From the IMG/VR virus record IMGVR_UViG_3300033997_000092, positions 186,001 to 250,000 of that record: a stretch of DNA of 64,000 nucleotides; one strand, 5' to 3'. The number at the start of each line of letters is the position of its first letter. Within the stretch, counting starts at the first letter, position 1. The position numbers and the translations under genes are program-made. Below the pieces are notes generated by a model. The model did not search any database, was not told the DNA's origin, and saw nothing but the letters and a program-made list of their open reading frames with translations. Positions 1 through 8,540 of the stretch are shown piece by piece.

Positions 1-867
1 GAGCCTACTGGTGCAGTTAAAGGTTTCGTTAATATGGTCAACAGCCTTATTAAAAAGCGCATTGAAAAATATGGTGTGTGTTACTTGGTTGTTGCTTTTG
101 ACAGCAACAAAGGAAAGAACTGGCGCCACCAATACACCGCTGACTTCCTTTCAAAGAACAAGAAGCACATAGGTGTAATGCCTACAGATACCGACAAAGG
201 ATATAAAGGCACACGGTTAAAAGATGAAACAAAATCATCTGAACTTAATCCACAAATTGAATTGGCTAAACAGGTACTTGCTGCCCGTGGAATCGTTTGC
301 TTAGAATCTCCAAGATACGAAGCAGATGACATCATAGGTACTCTTGCCTTACACGCCAGTCCTAAAACGTACAACCTTATGATATGGAGCCGTGATAAAG
401 ATTTCGCGCAGCTACTTTCTAGGAATGTACGCATAACACAGCAAGCTCAAGGTAATACCAAAGAGATTGTTGTGACACGCATGAACTGCAAAGAAGTCTA
501 CGGTGTACTTCCAAAACACGTTATACCTTATCTGGCCATGTGCGGAGATAAGTCTGACAATGTTCCTGGTATACCTGGAATAGGACCAGCTAAAGCAGTA
601 GAGCTGATTGCCTTACATGAGAACAGTGAAGATCTCATGTCTTCGATTTTCGCAGGATCTTATACAAAAGGACTTCAAAAGAAACTTACCGATCCAGTCA
701 ACCAAAAGTTGTATTATATGTCGGAGACTTTAGTTTCTATTTGCACAGATGTACCAAACGTACCTACAAAATTAAGTGAGTATCGTCTTGGTAAACTTTC
801 AAACCACATGAAACAACTAAACAAACTTGCCAAGCGTTGGGAGTTTACACAGTTGTTTACCGTTTAG
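1..867 (+). CDS. 5'-3' exonuclease / flap endonuclease (PolA N-terminal domain, T5 D15, T4 RNase H family); 5' end lies outside the window
   Basis: Motifs YEADDIIGTLA, SRDKDFAQL and GDKSDNVPGIPGIGPAKA (H3TH). The frame is open from base 1 and reads EPTGAVKGFVNM, matching the family N-terminal motif, so ATG 34 is internal. Confidence 0.93.
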   Translation, partial: EPTGAVKGFVNMVNSLIKKRIEKYGVCYLVVAFDSNKGKNWRHQYTADFLSKNKKHIGVMPTDTDKGYKGTRLKDETKSSELNPQIELAKQVLAARGIVCLESPRYEADDIIGTLALHASPKTYNLMIWSRDKDFAQLLSRNVRITQQAQGNTKEIVVTRMNCKEVYGVLPKHVIPYLAMCGDKSDNVPGIPGIGPAKAVELIALHENSEDLMSSIFAGSYTKGLQKKLTDPVNQKLYYMSETLVSICTDVPNVPTKLSEYRLGKLSNHMKQLNKLAKRWEFTQLFTV

Positions 868-879
868 CAGGAATAATAT

Positions 880-2073
880 ATGAGCGAAGCACATCAAGTA
901 CAAGGTGAAATCCAATGTGAAGATCAGGTCCAGGGTCACGTTCCTGGAACCCAGGTTAAGCCTGTAGAAATACAGACAGCTTTCATACCTGCACCTGAAC
1001 CAGACCATGCACCTGACGAAACTTACGCTATTTCAAATGATCCGGTTGAGCATTACCGCAAAACTGATCTTACCCCGCACATGGTGTCTGTGTCTCTGAT
1101 CGGTGGTACGTCTGTTGATCCTGAAATTGTTGAAGCAGAAGCCGAAGGCCAGTTAGCTGTTTTAGGCGAAACACAGGTAGAAGTATTGGAAGACGTGGAT
1201 AGTGAAGAGGTCCATGAACCTGTTGACGACCAAGCAGCCGTTGGTCTTGCTGTGCAGACTGAACAGCGTCCTGCTAAACGTAAGAACAAAAACAAATTGA
1301 CCACTCGTAATACTCCTATTGCACAAAACAGTTACAAGCCTGCAGGCAATGAATTGAAAGCAGCGTCTCCTGGTAGTTTGCAGCAATTGGCGGAACGGTT
1401 CAACAACAACGTAGACATTCCATCTCCAATCGATTACGTTGTTTATAGCAGCGTCGGTTACCTGAGCGCTGTCATGACACGTCCTCACCCGGACATGGTA
1501 AAGGCTTCTGCTGAATACAATGCCGGTGACGCGACTGCAAAACGCCGTATGCTTATCCAAACAGAGCAACATGCAGTTGATGTTATGGTTCTTACATCGA
1601 CAGTGTTCGGCAGTTTCAGTAATTGTGGTCGTCCTATCGCAAACAACTACAAAGACTTCGTTAATATGGTGCGTAGTGACCGCGAACCTAAAGCTAAGCG
1701 TTTAGGTCGTATTTCGTTCATGCGTTATGACGCGCAGAACACACGTAAGTTCCTGGCAGCCGCCTTCGTTCAATACAATGACGGCAGCCGCAATCCAGAA
1801 GATGCTACAACTGTCAACTTGAATGCGTTGCGTAAATCTCTGGTCAAAATCTTTGAAACATTCCGCAATGTACGCATCGGTATTATGTTCTTTGGTGACG
1901 ATCAGCACAAGCCTACTCACTGGTCTGAGATTGAATCGGTGATTGAAGCTGTGTGCCGTGAAAACAAACGGCAAGTAACTGTCTTTGTTCACAGCCGTGT
2001 GTTGGTAGACAACTCAAATCTTATGAGCCACAACCTGAAACAAAGTGCTGCTAAACGCGGCTTTGCTGTATAG
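880..2073 (+). CDS. Protein with acidic low-complexity N-terminus and divergent macrodomain-like C-terminal domain
   Basis: SD GGAAT before ATG. Residues ~229-372 follow the phage macrodomain pattern (AVDVMV..., LGRI, FVQYNDG, NALRKSL, RIGI, WSEIESVI, VTVF). By-eye similarity only. Confidence 0.45.
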   Translation: MSEAHQVQGEIQCEDQVQGHVPGTQVKPVEIQTAFIPAPEPDHAPDETYAISNDPVEHYRKTDLTPHMVSVSLIGGTSVDPEIVEAEAEGQLAVLGETQVEVLEDVDSEEVHEPVDDQAAVGLAVQTEQRPAKRKNKNKLTTRNTPIAQNSYKPAGNELKAASPGSLQQLAERFNNNVDIPSPIDYVVYSSVGYLSAVMTRPHPDMVKASAEYNAGDATAKRRMLIQTEQHAVDVMVLTSTVFGSFSNCGRPIANNYKDFVNMVRSDREPKAKRLGRISFMRYDAQNTRKFLAAAFVQYNDGSRNPEDATTVNLNALRKSLVKIFETFRNVRIGIMFFGDDQHKPTHWSEIESVIEAVCRENKRQVTVFVHSRVLVDNSNLMSHNLKQSAAKRGFAV

Positions 2074-2090
2074 TTAAATGTTAAGGTAAC

Positions 2091-2822
2091 ATGATGTCAG
2101 TTTACTTAATACCTTCCCATGTAATTGATTTAGACAGTGCTGCATATCTGAACCAATCTATGGATTTGGTAAAAGCTCATGTTGCCTTAGCTAGACACTT
2201 ACACAAGCAATACGGTTTCGATACACTATCTGTCAAATTGTCACCGACAGGAATTCCAGCAGCGTATGGTTTCCGTGTAGGTGACACTGTTAGCCCACTT
2301 TATAGTGTTAACGGCTCTCTGACACTGCTCTCTGATGTTGAAGAAGACCTTGACCTTGTGTCTTTGAAAACATTGTATGCAGGATATTGTATACCTGAAT
2401 TTTTGAAATCCATTCCTCCGACAGAATATTATTTGACAATAGTTCCTGTTGATGGTCTAGGATATTGCTTTAAATACATTGTATGTCTTCCACGTGATGA
2501 CCGTGGTGCCTTGCATCAACCAGTATTGGCAGCTAAAAGCATCTGTACTGAGGCATCTTATTTTGCTGACAAGGCACTTATAACAGGACAGCGTTTGGAC
2601 TTGAACCAATTGCCTGCCTTGGGACAAGCGGATGAACAGATGTACAACCTCATGCTTGACACATACCTGTTTGTACGTGACAAGTCAATAATCGATAGAA
2701 CAGCAAATGTTATGTATCGCTGGAATCTTCGTGGTTTTTTATTTGACCTAGTTGATTCCTTGCGTACAAGAGGCATTGATGTGCCTAAAGACATTTTAAA
2801 CTTTGTTACGGTGTCAGAATGA
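2091..2822 (+). CDS. Hypothetical protein
   Basis: 243-aa ORF, SD AAGGT, stop overlaps the next start (ATGA). Confidence 0.75.
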   Translation: MMSVYLIPSHVIDLDSAAYLNQSMDLVKAHVALARHLHKQYGFDTLSVKLSPTGIPAAYGFRVGDTVSPLYSVNGSLTLLSDVEEDLDLVSLKTLYAGYCIPEFLKSIPPTEYYLTIVPVDGLGYCFKYIVCLPRDDRGALHQPVLAAKSICTEASYFADKALITGQRLDLNQLPALGQADEQMYNLMLDTYLFVRDKSIIDRTANVMYRWNLRGFLFDLVDSLRTRGIDVPKDILNFVTVSE

Positions 2823-3508
2823 AAGATCTGATTAAAGAATATTGCACAGCTTACAGGACCAAGATAATAAACTATCCTGCTCCTATCACAACAACTTCAG
2901 TAATATCAGAATTGCCTCAACGTGTGGCAAAAGCAGTGATGGCACTAGCCACTCTTGAGCATAAACTCGCTGATGCTGTAGGTAAAGTAGATTCTGTTAT
3001 CCACATGCGTTACGGCAGTACATCGTTGCCTATACACATGATGGCCAAAGCTTTGGATGTGAACGAACATTTTGTTTATGCCTACTATCTTGAATACGGC
3101 GGCGATGTCGGCGATTTGATTTCAATGTTAGGTCGGCAACCAATCTATTACTTCAACCTTGTTGTAGATAAAATAGAGTTGGGTAACGCTTATGACATCC
3201 CATGGGAGCTTGTTGATGCTTACAAAAATGAGTACGACATTTATCGCGCATTCGTATCTAAGTACACTGTTGGTGCCAAGAACGAATCTATTTATGTCAG
3301 AAAATCTATTGTCTCAGGTCAGTACCGTGAATTAAAAATAACTGCCAAAGTGCAGGAACGCTTCGACTCATTTGAGAAAAGCATTTTACAACAGTTGCGT
3401 CCAGCTCAGGCCGAACAGCGCTACGGCCGTAGAGTTCCAATCAAACTTCGTGGCGTATCTTCTTCTGAACATGCCCGACAACTGAAGGAAAGTGGATATG
3501 AAGATTAA
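2819..3508 (+). CDS. Hypothetical protein
   Basis: 229-aa ORF overlapping both neighbours in a tight operon. Confidence 0.75.
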   Translation: MKDLIKEYCTAYRTKIINYPAPITTTSVISELPQRVAKAVMALATLEHKLADAVGKVDSVIHMRYGSTSLPIHMMAKALDVNEHFVYAYYLEYGGDVGDLISMLGRQPIYYFNLVVDKIELGNAYDIPWELVDAYKNEYDIYRAFVSKYTVGAKNESIYVRKSIVSGQYRELKITAKVQERFDSFEKSILQQLRPAQAEQRYGRRVPIKLRGVSSSEHARQLKESGYED

Positions 3509-4301
3509 TATTCTGGACCCGTACTCATTATCTGGTTCGTTGAGTAAAGAACAGAAAACTACCTTGTTTGCTCCTAAAGTAGTTACTGTAACCACATTGG
3601 AGAATGCTGCTGAAGAAGGCATCACTAAATATCGTGATGATAATAAGGACGGTTATGTTGACCTTCCTACAAACCACAAACTCAGTGAATTTTTCAATTA
3701 CGGTGAGTTGATTCACAGCGACAATGCTGTGAAATTCAAACTTGAGAATCGTGTACCTATCTCCCGCACAGATATTCTGGATTCAGCAATCTATACAGGT
3801 ACCAATTTGCTTGATAAGTTGCGTGTCCAGTTCGGCTCATTTGTTCCTAACAGTTGGTATCGCGGTCCTGAAGTTGAATACGCCGCAACATATCGTGATG
3901 GGTTTGTTAAGTACATCAACAAATCATACAGTCGTACACAGACAGGTGAGCCTACAGCGGCTGAGTTAGTGTCTACTGTCACGAACACGATGTTTTTGCG
4001 TGATTTGGTTTCCAGAGCAAATGCAGGTTCCCGTACCTGCGGCCTTATTCTTAACCTGTGGAACAACTACTACAAAGGCAAGCAGCACCCTAACGGTGAA
4101 GCTGTTGACTTTGAAATACCAGGTTCAAAAGGCAACAAAGCTTTGTGGGACTGGATCAAATCAAGCGGTCTCAAATACGACCAGCTCATTCTGGAGTTTC
4201 ATAATCCACAAACCGGTCCATTCTCTGGTTGGGTACACGGCAGTGTTATTGATGAACAGGTCAAAGGTCGTAAGAACCGCATGTCCGCATTTACAATTTA
4301 A
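3492..4301 (+). CDS. Peptidase M15A-family Zn peptidoglycan hydrolase (endolysin or virion lysin)
   Basis: LSEFFNYGELIHS, SWYR, QHPNGEAVDFEIPG, DQLILEF and SGWVH supply the His/Asp/His Zn ligands and the catalytic Arg of M15A. Confidence 0.9.
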   Translation: MDMKINILDPYSLSGSLSKEQKTTLFAPKVVTVTTLENAAEEGITKYRDDNKDGYVDLPTNHKLSEFFNYGELIHSDNAVKFKLENRVPISRTDILDSAIYTGTNLLDKLRVQFGSFVPNSWYRGPEVEYAATYRDGFVKYINKSYSRTQTGEPTAAELVSTVTNTMFLRDLVSRANAGSRTCGLILNLWNNYYKGKQHPNGEAVDFEIPGSKGNKALWDWIKSSGLKYDQLILEFHNPQTGPFSGWVHGSVIDEQVKGRKNRMSAFTI

Positions 4302-4313
4302 CAATGGGGCCTA

Positions 4314-4931
4314 GTGCCCCATTTTCGTTTAGGAGACGTTATGGACCAACTTGACATAAAACGAGACAGTGTATCTCTTGCAACGTCGCTGTTGTTGAAT
4401 CTAAACAGGCCAGAGATTCAGAAATGTATCGACTCAGGACTGTACGAAAATTTTGACTGTATTGTAATAGGGTCAAATGTAGATACGGCCTTAAAGTCCT
4501 CACGTATTAAGACTATTGCTGGTGCCATTGTGCATTCAACTTACTTTGTAGTCAGTGAACCTATATTAAATCCTGTACACTACTACTCTGGCTGCTCTTA
4601 TAATCTATACGATGTTGCCAATTATTTCATGGTCCCATATTGGATAGCTTGTCCTGTGCAATCTCCTTATGATCCTACTTTGTTTATTACTTCAACATCT
4701 GAAACTACGGAAGCCTTGCTTAGAACAGGTATGATTCCTAATTACAAAATTGATGACAGGATGAAGGACATAACACGGGATTTGTTTGTGGGTTATGTTA
4801 ACCAGGATGGGTTCAACTTTGAGTATGCCGGTTTCATTCAACATCGTACTTCAGGTTACTATCATTTAGTATTCGCATTCAGCAAAAACAAGCCTAAGAC
4901 TTGTTGCCACGGATGTCGAGCATCGAACTAG
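4314..4931 (+). CDS. Hypothetical protein
   Basis: 205-aa ORF with GTG start, in frame with operon spacing. Confidence 0.7.
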   Translation: MPHFRLGDVMDQLDIKRDSVSLATSLLLNLNRPEIQKCIDSGLYENFDCIVIGSNVDTALKSSRIKTIAGAIVHSTYFVVSEPILNPVHYYSGCSYNLYDVANYFMVPYWIACPVQSPYDPTLFITSTSETTEALLRTGMIPNYKIDDRMKDITRDLFVGYVNQDGFNFEYAGFIQHRTSGYYHLVFAFSKNKPKTCCHGCRASN

Positions 4932-4939
4932 GAAATATT

Positions 4940-5842
4940 ATGCGCCCAGGTAAGTTACAACAAAGAATTATAAGTTGGTTAGGAAGGACATACGGCCAGA
5001 AAACTTTGGAGAAAGAAGAACGCTGTTTGCGATATGCAGAAGAATCTATGGAACTGTTGCAGGCAGCAGGTGTTGATCGTGAGACATTGTTGAAAATAGT
5101 CGATCACGTATACAGTCGTCCTAAAGGCGATGTCGATCAAGAAGTGACGGGTAGTTATATCACGCTTGTAGGTATGTGTCATGCCCACGGAATTGATTTA
5201 CACCGTAGTGTTGACCGTGAACTTGATCGTGTTGAGCAAATTAAAGATGCCTGCCGTACCAAACACGATAGCAAACCTGATTTCATGCGTACACATTCGG
5301 CGGATATCCCTGTTGGTAAAATCCAACCTGCCGTAGATACAGTACGTTTCGGCAATGAATTGGAGTCCTTCATAGAAGCGATTGATTATCCTGACGATTA
5401 CATACATCGTATATCTGAACTGTACAAGTACCTTATTGAATTAAGTAAACAGAGTGGTCTGTTCTACACACCTGTCGAGGCTTCAATTGACTTTGCATCG
5501 TATGTAACAGAAGCCGAATCTCTCGATGGTGTGTTGCGTCAGCCTATACGGTTGAACTTTATAAATACTCTCTGTACAGATTTCCATATGCCTGATGCTC
5601 CTTACCGGGCCCATAAAGACACGCTTCATGTGGAATTATACGCTTATGAATCTATACGTGGTATCCACAGATTTGAATCTAATGAATCTATAGAGTTCGG
5701 TACCCCTTTAGGTCCTGTCGTATTACCTGTAAGCAAACTTCTTGAGCTGCGGTGCTTATCTATACGTATCGACCTAGATGAAGTTGTGGTTGATGACTCT
5801 ATGTACAGAGGTGCTAGTAGAATCAGCTTCTGTGTTTCCTAA
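4940..5842 (+). CDS. MazG-like nucleotide pyrophosphohydrolase domain fused to an unknown C-terminal domain
   Basis: ERCLRYAEESMEL ... DQEVTG ... DRELDRV has the acidic EExxE/QE pattern of phage MazG-like proteins. Start moved to ATG 4940 (SD AGGAA); the track used 4901. Confidence 0.6.
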   Translation: MRPGKLQQRIISWLGRTYGQKTLEKEERCLRYAEESMELLQAAGVDRETLLKIVDHVYSRPKGDVDQEVTGSYITLVGMCHAHGIDLHRSVDRELDRVEQIKDACRTKHDSKPDFMRTHSADIPVGKIQPAVDTVRFGNELESFIEAIDYPDDYIHRISELYKYLIELSKQSGLFYTPVEASIDFASYVTEAESLDGVLRQPIRLNFINTLCTDFHMPDAPYRAHKDTLHVELYAYESIRGIHRFESNESIEFGTPLGPVVLPVSKLLELRCLSIRIDLDEVVVDDSMYRGASRISFCVS

Positions 5843-5848
5843 GACCGT

Positions 5849-5875
5849 AAAAGGCAGCTCATTTGGCTGCCTTTT
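5849..5875 (+). terminator. Intrinsic terminator, likely bidirectional
   Basis: AAAAGGCAGC-tcatttg-GCTGCCTTTT, 10-bp stem just after the stop at 5842. Confidence 0.85.
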
Positions 5876-6025
5876 GCTTATCTACGGATTGTGCCTCAAT
5901 ATGCAGTGTCAAAAACCACCTACCCATTATGGCCGTCTGCGGTACCCAAATCCTGCCTATAACTACCAAAACTAAGTACCAAAATATGCTAGTTTTCGAC
6001 TAATATACTTAGCTTCCTTAGACCT

Positions 6026-6049
6026 AAAAAAGGGAGCAAATAGCTCCCT
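6026..6049 (-). terminator. Intrinsic terminator ending the late operon
   Basis: Minus strand AGGGAGC-tattt-GCTCCCT followed by a U tract, 5 nt after the stop at 6055. Confidence 0.85.
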
Positions 6050-6054
6050 AATAG

Positions 6055-6519
6055 TTATATCGCTACTGCCAGAGCAAGTGCTGCCAGTATTTTTAAACTA
6101 ATGCTTTCAATCTGATTCCGCAACTGTTCTTCCCTTCGTGCATCTATTTCCATATCCAATAACACGTAAGCTTTGTTGGCCCTCATTTCTTCCAGTATAG
6201 CCAATTCACGAATCAAGTTTGCTCTTTGTACAGTAAGTGCCAATATGCTGTTAGCTTGTTCAACCAACGCTGCGTTGGACTCTGCACTTATATAAGCCTG
6301 CTCGATTTTATAAAGCTCTGCAGGATCAACAAGCGCCCAAACTTTACCGTTCGTATCAACATATTCCTTTACGTCTGAATCAAATGCTTCCGGTAATGCT
6401 ACAGGAGTAATGTCCTTATGGACAAATTCCTCTATTTTCGTAGTCTGCATCACAACAGGTTCTTTTTGTTGTGACGCACAACCTACTAATAAAAACAACG
6501 CTAACAGCAACACACGCAT
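6055..6519 (-). CDS. Outer-membrane lipoprotein, spanin candidate (o-spanin or u-spanin-like)
   Basis: Start at MRVLLLALFLLVG-C (lipobox; SD GGAG), coiled-coil body, hydrophobic C-terminus ILAALALAVAI. The track's N-terminal extension lies inside the upstream gene. Confidence 0.7.
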   Translation of the reverse strand: MRVLLLALFLLVGCASQQKEPVVMQTTKIEEFVHKDITPVALPEAFDSDVKEYVDTNGKVWALVDPAELYKIEQAYISAESNAALVEQANSILALTVQRANLIRELAILEEMRANKAYVLLDMEIDARREEQLRNQIESISLKILAALALAVAI

Positions 6520-6520
6520 A

Positions 6521-6874
6521 CTATTCTCCAGTTCGGCGCTTCTTCTGGCCTTTATTGAAGTTTGCAATCTGCTGGCTACTATCCGAATTTTCACTTTCTT
6601 TAGCTACTTGGTCGAATGCGGCCTGGCCCTGTTGAGCTACTTCCTCAGCTACTTGCTGTTCCTGCTCTATGTTAACTTGCAGTTTTTGGTCAGCTATGAT
6701 TTTATCACCAATGTGGTTTTTATCAATCGTGTCTAATTCATCTGCAACATCTTTTGTAGTTGGTTGGCGTTTAGCCATAACTACAGTGGCACCCAATGTT
6801 AGAATGGCAAGCACTGCCATCAAAATGTACTTGCCCCATTTCTTATACCAAACTTCTGTTAATTCTGGTTCCAT
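6521..6874 (-). CDS. Inner-membrane spanin (i-spanin) candidate
   Basis: Basic N-terminus, one TM (YILMAVLAILTLGATVVMA), Q/E-rich coiled coil, directly upstream of the lipoprotein. Confidence 0.6.
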   Translation of the reverse strand: MEPELTEVWYKKWGKYILMAVLAILTLGATVVMAKRQPTTKDVADELDTIDKNHIGDKIIADQKLQVNIEQEQQVAEEVAQQGQAAFDQVAKESENSDSSQQIANFNKGQKKRRTGE

Positions 6875-6922
6875 TTTATATTACCTTATGTTTCGGTCAC
6901 ATACTCACATACAGAGACACAT

Positions 6923-7261
6923 TTAATTTTCCACAATATACGTTGCACATATAGAATACCAATTATATCTGTTTGCTGTAAATTCTTGGAATTGACCTCG
7001 AGTTATTCTAGCAACAAAGGCATCTATTTGCGCGGTATCTGTGATAGCAACGCCGTTTTTGGAGAACGATACGTTGTTATTTACCAGATTTTTAATATAG
7101 ACGTATCTTGTACCTCCAGGTTCATACAAATACAAATACAAATACCCTGCGGCATCCTCAACCCAGGTATTTTCTTTATTAACTGTGAGCCTGTCATAAG
7201 CACATACTGTGACAAATTCAGGCTCAGCTTCTCTCTTATAGATATGTTGGTGCAATGGCAT
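6923..7261 (-). CDS. Small paralog family D protein (D3)
   Basis: QHIYKRE..VTVC / WVEDAAGYLY / ARITRGQF..YNWYSIC aligns with the 9711-10040 protein. Confidence 0.7.
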   Translation of the reverse strand: MPLHQHIYKREAEPEFVTVCAYDRLTVNKENTWVEDAAGYLYLYLYEPGGTRYVYIKNLVNNNVSFSKNGVAITDTAQIDAFVARITRGQFQEFTANRYNWYSICATYIVEN

Positions 7262-7285
7262 AAAGTATCCAGAGTTGGATCCTAC

Positions 7286-7621
7286 TCAGTAGGTAGGCTC
7301 GTTGTTGTTTTGTTCAATTCCAGTACGTACACCACCGTCTTTATTCAACATACTGTCAATCATATAGCTGATGCTGATAAACGTGAGCATACTCGGGTTA
7401 GGATCGGTTAACAGGATACCTAAATAACTTGTCAACACACCGAAGATAACAAGAACACTGTTGCCTTTATTTGTAGTCCAGTACTTGACCCAATCCAAAT
7501 TTCCCTGCACACATTTTTTAACATAGTGAGCAGCTACTCCCAAGAAAGTAATCAACAAGGACAGTACGTAATAGTCCCATGTATAGTTTGCTAAGGGTCC
7601 TAATAAAATGGATGAATCCAT
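7286..7621 (-). CDS. Holin candidate
   Basis: 111 aa, two to three hydrophobic segments, charged C-terminal tail, SD AGGAG, near the spanin genes. Confidence 0.55.
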   Translation of the reverse strand: MDSSILLGPLANYTWDYYVLSLLITFLGVAAHYVKKCVQGNLDWVKYWTTNKGNSVLVIFGVLTSYLGILLTDPNPSMLTFISISYMIDSMLNKDGGVRTGIEQNNNEPTY

Positions 7622-7637
7622 AAAACACTCCTAATAA

Positions 7638-7967
7638 TTAAACTGTTTCGCAGATCCAGTGGACTTGAATTCCTCCATTCCACGGTTCTTCGATTTTACC
7701 TACTGTATACCTGCTCCTTATAGTAGCAGCTTCGTACTCAGGCACAACTGTCCCTAGAACTACGTTATCCATTTGACCTAAAGGCTCACCTGTACTTATT
7801 TTTGTATACCAGCGGTAGTTATCCCATACCCACTCGTACACATCAGAAGAAAGCCAAGCACCTATCATACGACTGTCGCCAGAGCCACCCCGGTTAAAAT
7901 AACATACCGATTGGGGCAACTCAGGCTCAACGTCTTCTATAGGCCTATAGGAATGTATTGTTAACAC
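7638..7967 (-). CDS. Small protein, probable divergent family D member (D2)
   Basis: GTG start with SD AGGAAG. N-terminal HSYR..E.E....VC resembles D1/D3. Confidence 0.6.
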   Translation of the reverse strand: MLTIHSYRPIEDVEPELPQSVCYFNRGGSGDSRMIGAWLSSDVYEWVWDNYRWYTKISTGEPLGQMDNVVLGTVVPEYEAATIRSRYTVGKIEEPWNGGIQVHWICETV

Positions 7968-7988
7968 TTTAACTTCCTGTTGTTGTGT

Positions 7989-8528
7989 TTAAATAACGAA
8001 ATTGATTGTCATGTCCGGCATTTTAATCTGTTGGCCTACAACAACATTCAATTGAGACAGTTCAAGATCGGCTCCAGAATCAGCCAAGCCACAAGTACCG
8101 TGAATAATAAAATTCGTTTGGGCCGCAGCGGCTGTACTGTTTGTATAGTCTGAGTTACTAAAACATAGTGTAAAGCAACCAATCGTTCCAACTTGTGTCG
8201 CTTTGAACACATCAGCACGTTTAGAGAATGCCAAGATACGTTGCAGAGGATTATCGCCCAAGTAACGATCATCAAAGTTCAGGAATACCATACGTGCTAA
8301 CTCGGTCTTCCCGTAGCTAGGCATACCTGTAGTAGCATTGAACGGCCATGTACTGTTGATAACCGTACCAGAGCGATGTGATTCATACATAGCTGCGAGT
8401 TGTACATCAGACAATTCGCCTCCTGTCCACAGACTCACTATACAATGGTTATTATTGCCTAAATGAGTTTGGATAGGAGAAGTGAACTGGCCTAACATAA
8501 GGCTCTTGGCCGTAATTGCAAATTCCAT
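7989..8528 (-). CDS. Short-type array paralog S6 (putative virion structural protein)
   Basis: Shared S motifs: SLWTGG near the N-terminus, GTIGCFTLC, GTCGLADSGADLEL. Confidence 0.7.
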   Translation of the reverse strand: MEFAITAKSLMLGQFTSPIQTHLGNNNHCIVSLWTGGELSDVQLAAMYESHRSGTVINSTWPFNATTGMPSYGKTELARMVFLNFDDRYLGDNPLQRILAFSKRADVFKATQVGTIGCFTLCFSNSDYTNSTAAAAQTNFIIHGTCGLADSGADLELSQLNVVVGQQIKMPDMTINFVI

Positions 8529-8540
8529 ACTGGACTCCTA

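Noticed and set aside
6520-6594. N-terminal extension MKIRIVAS... of the lipoprotein ORF
   Set aside because: It lies inside the upstream i-spanin-like gene; the lipobox signal and an SD point to ATG 6519.
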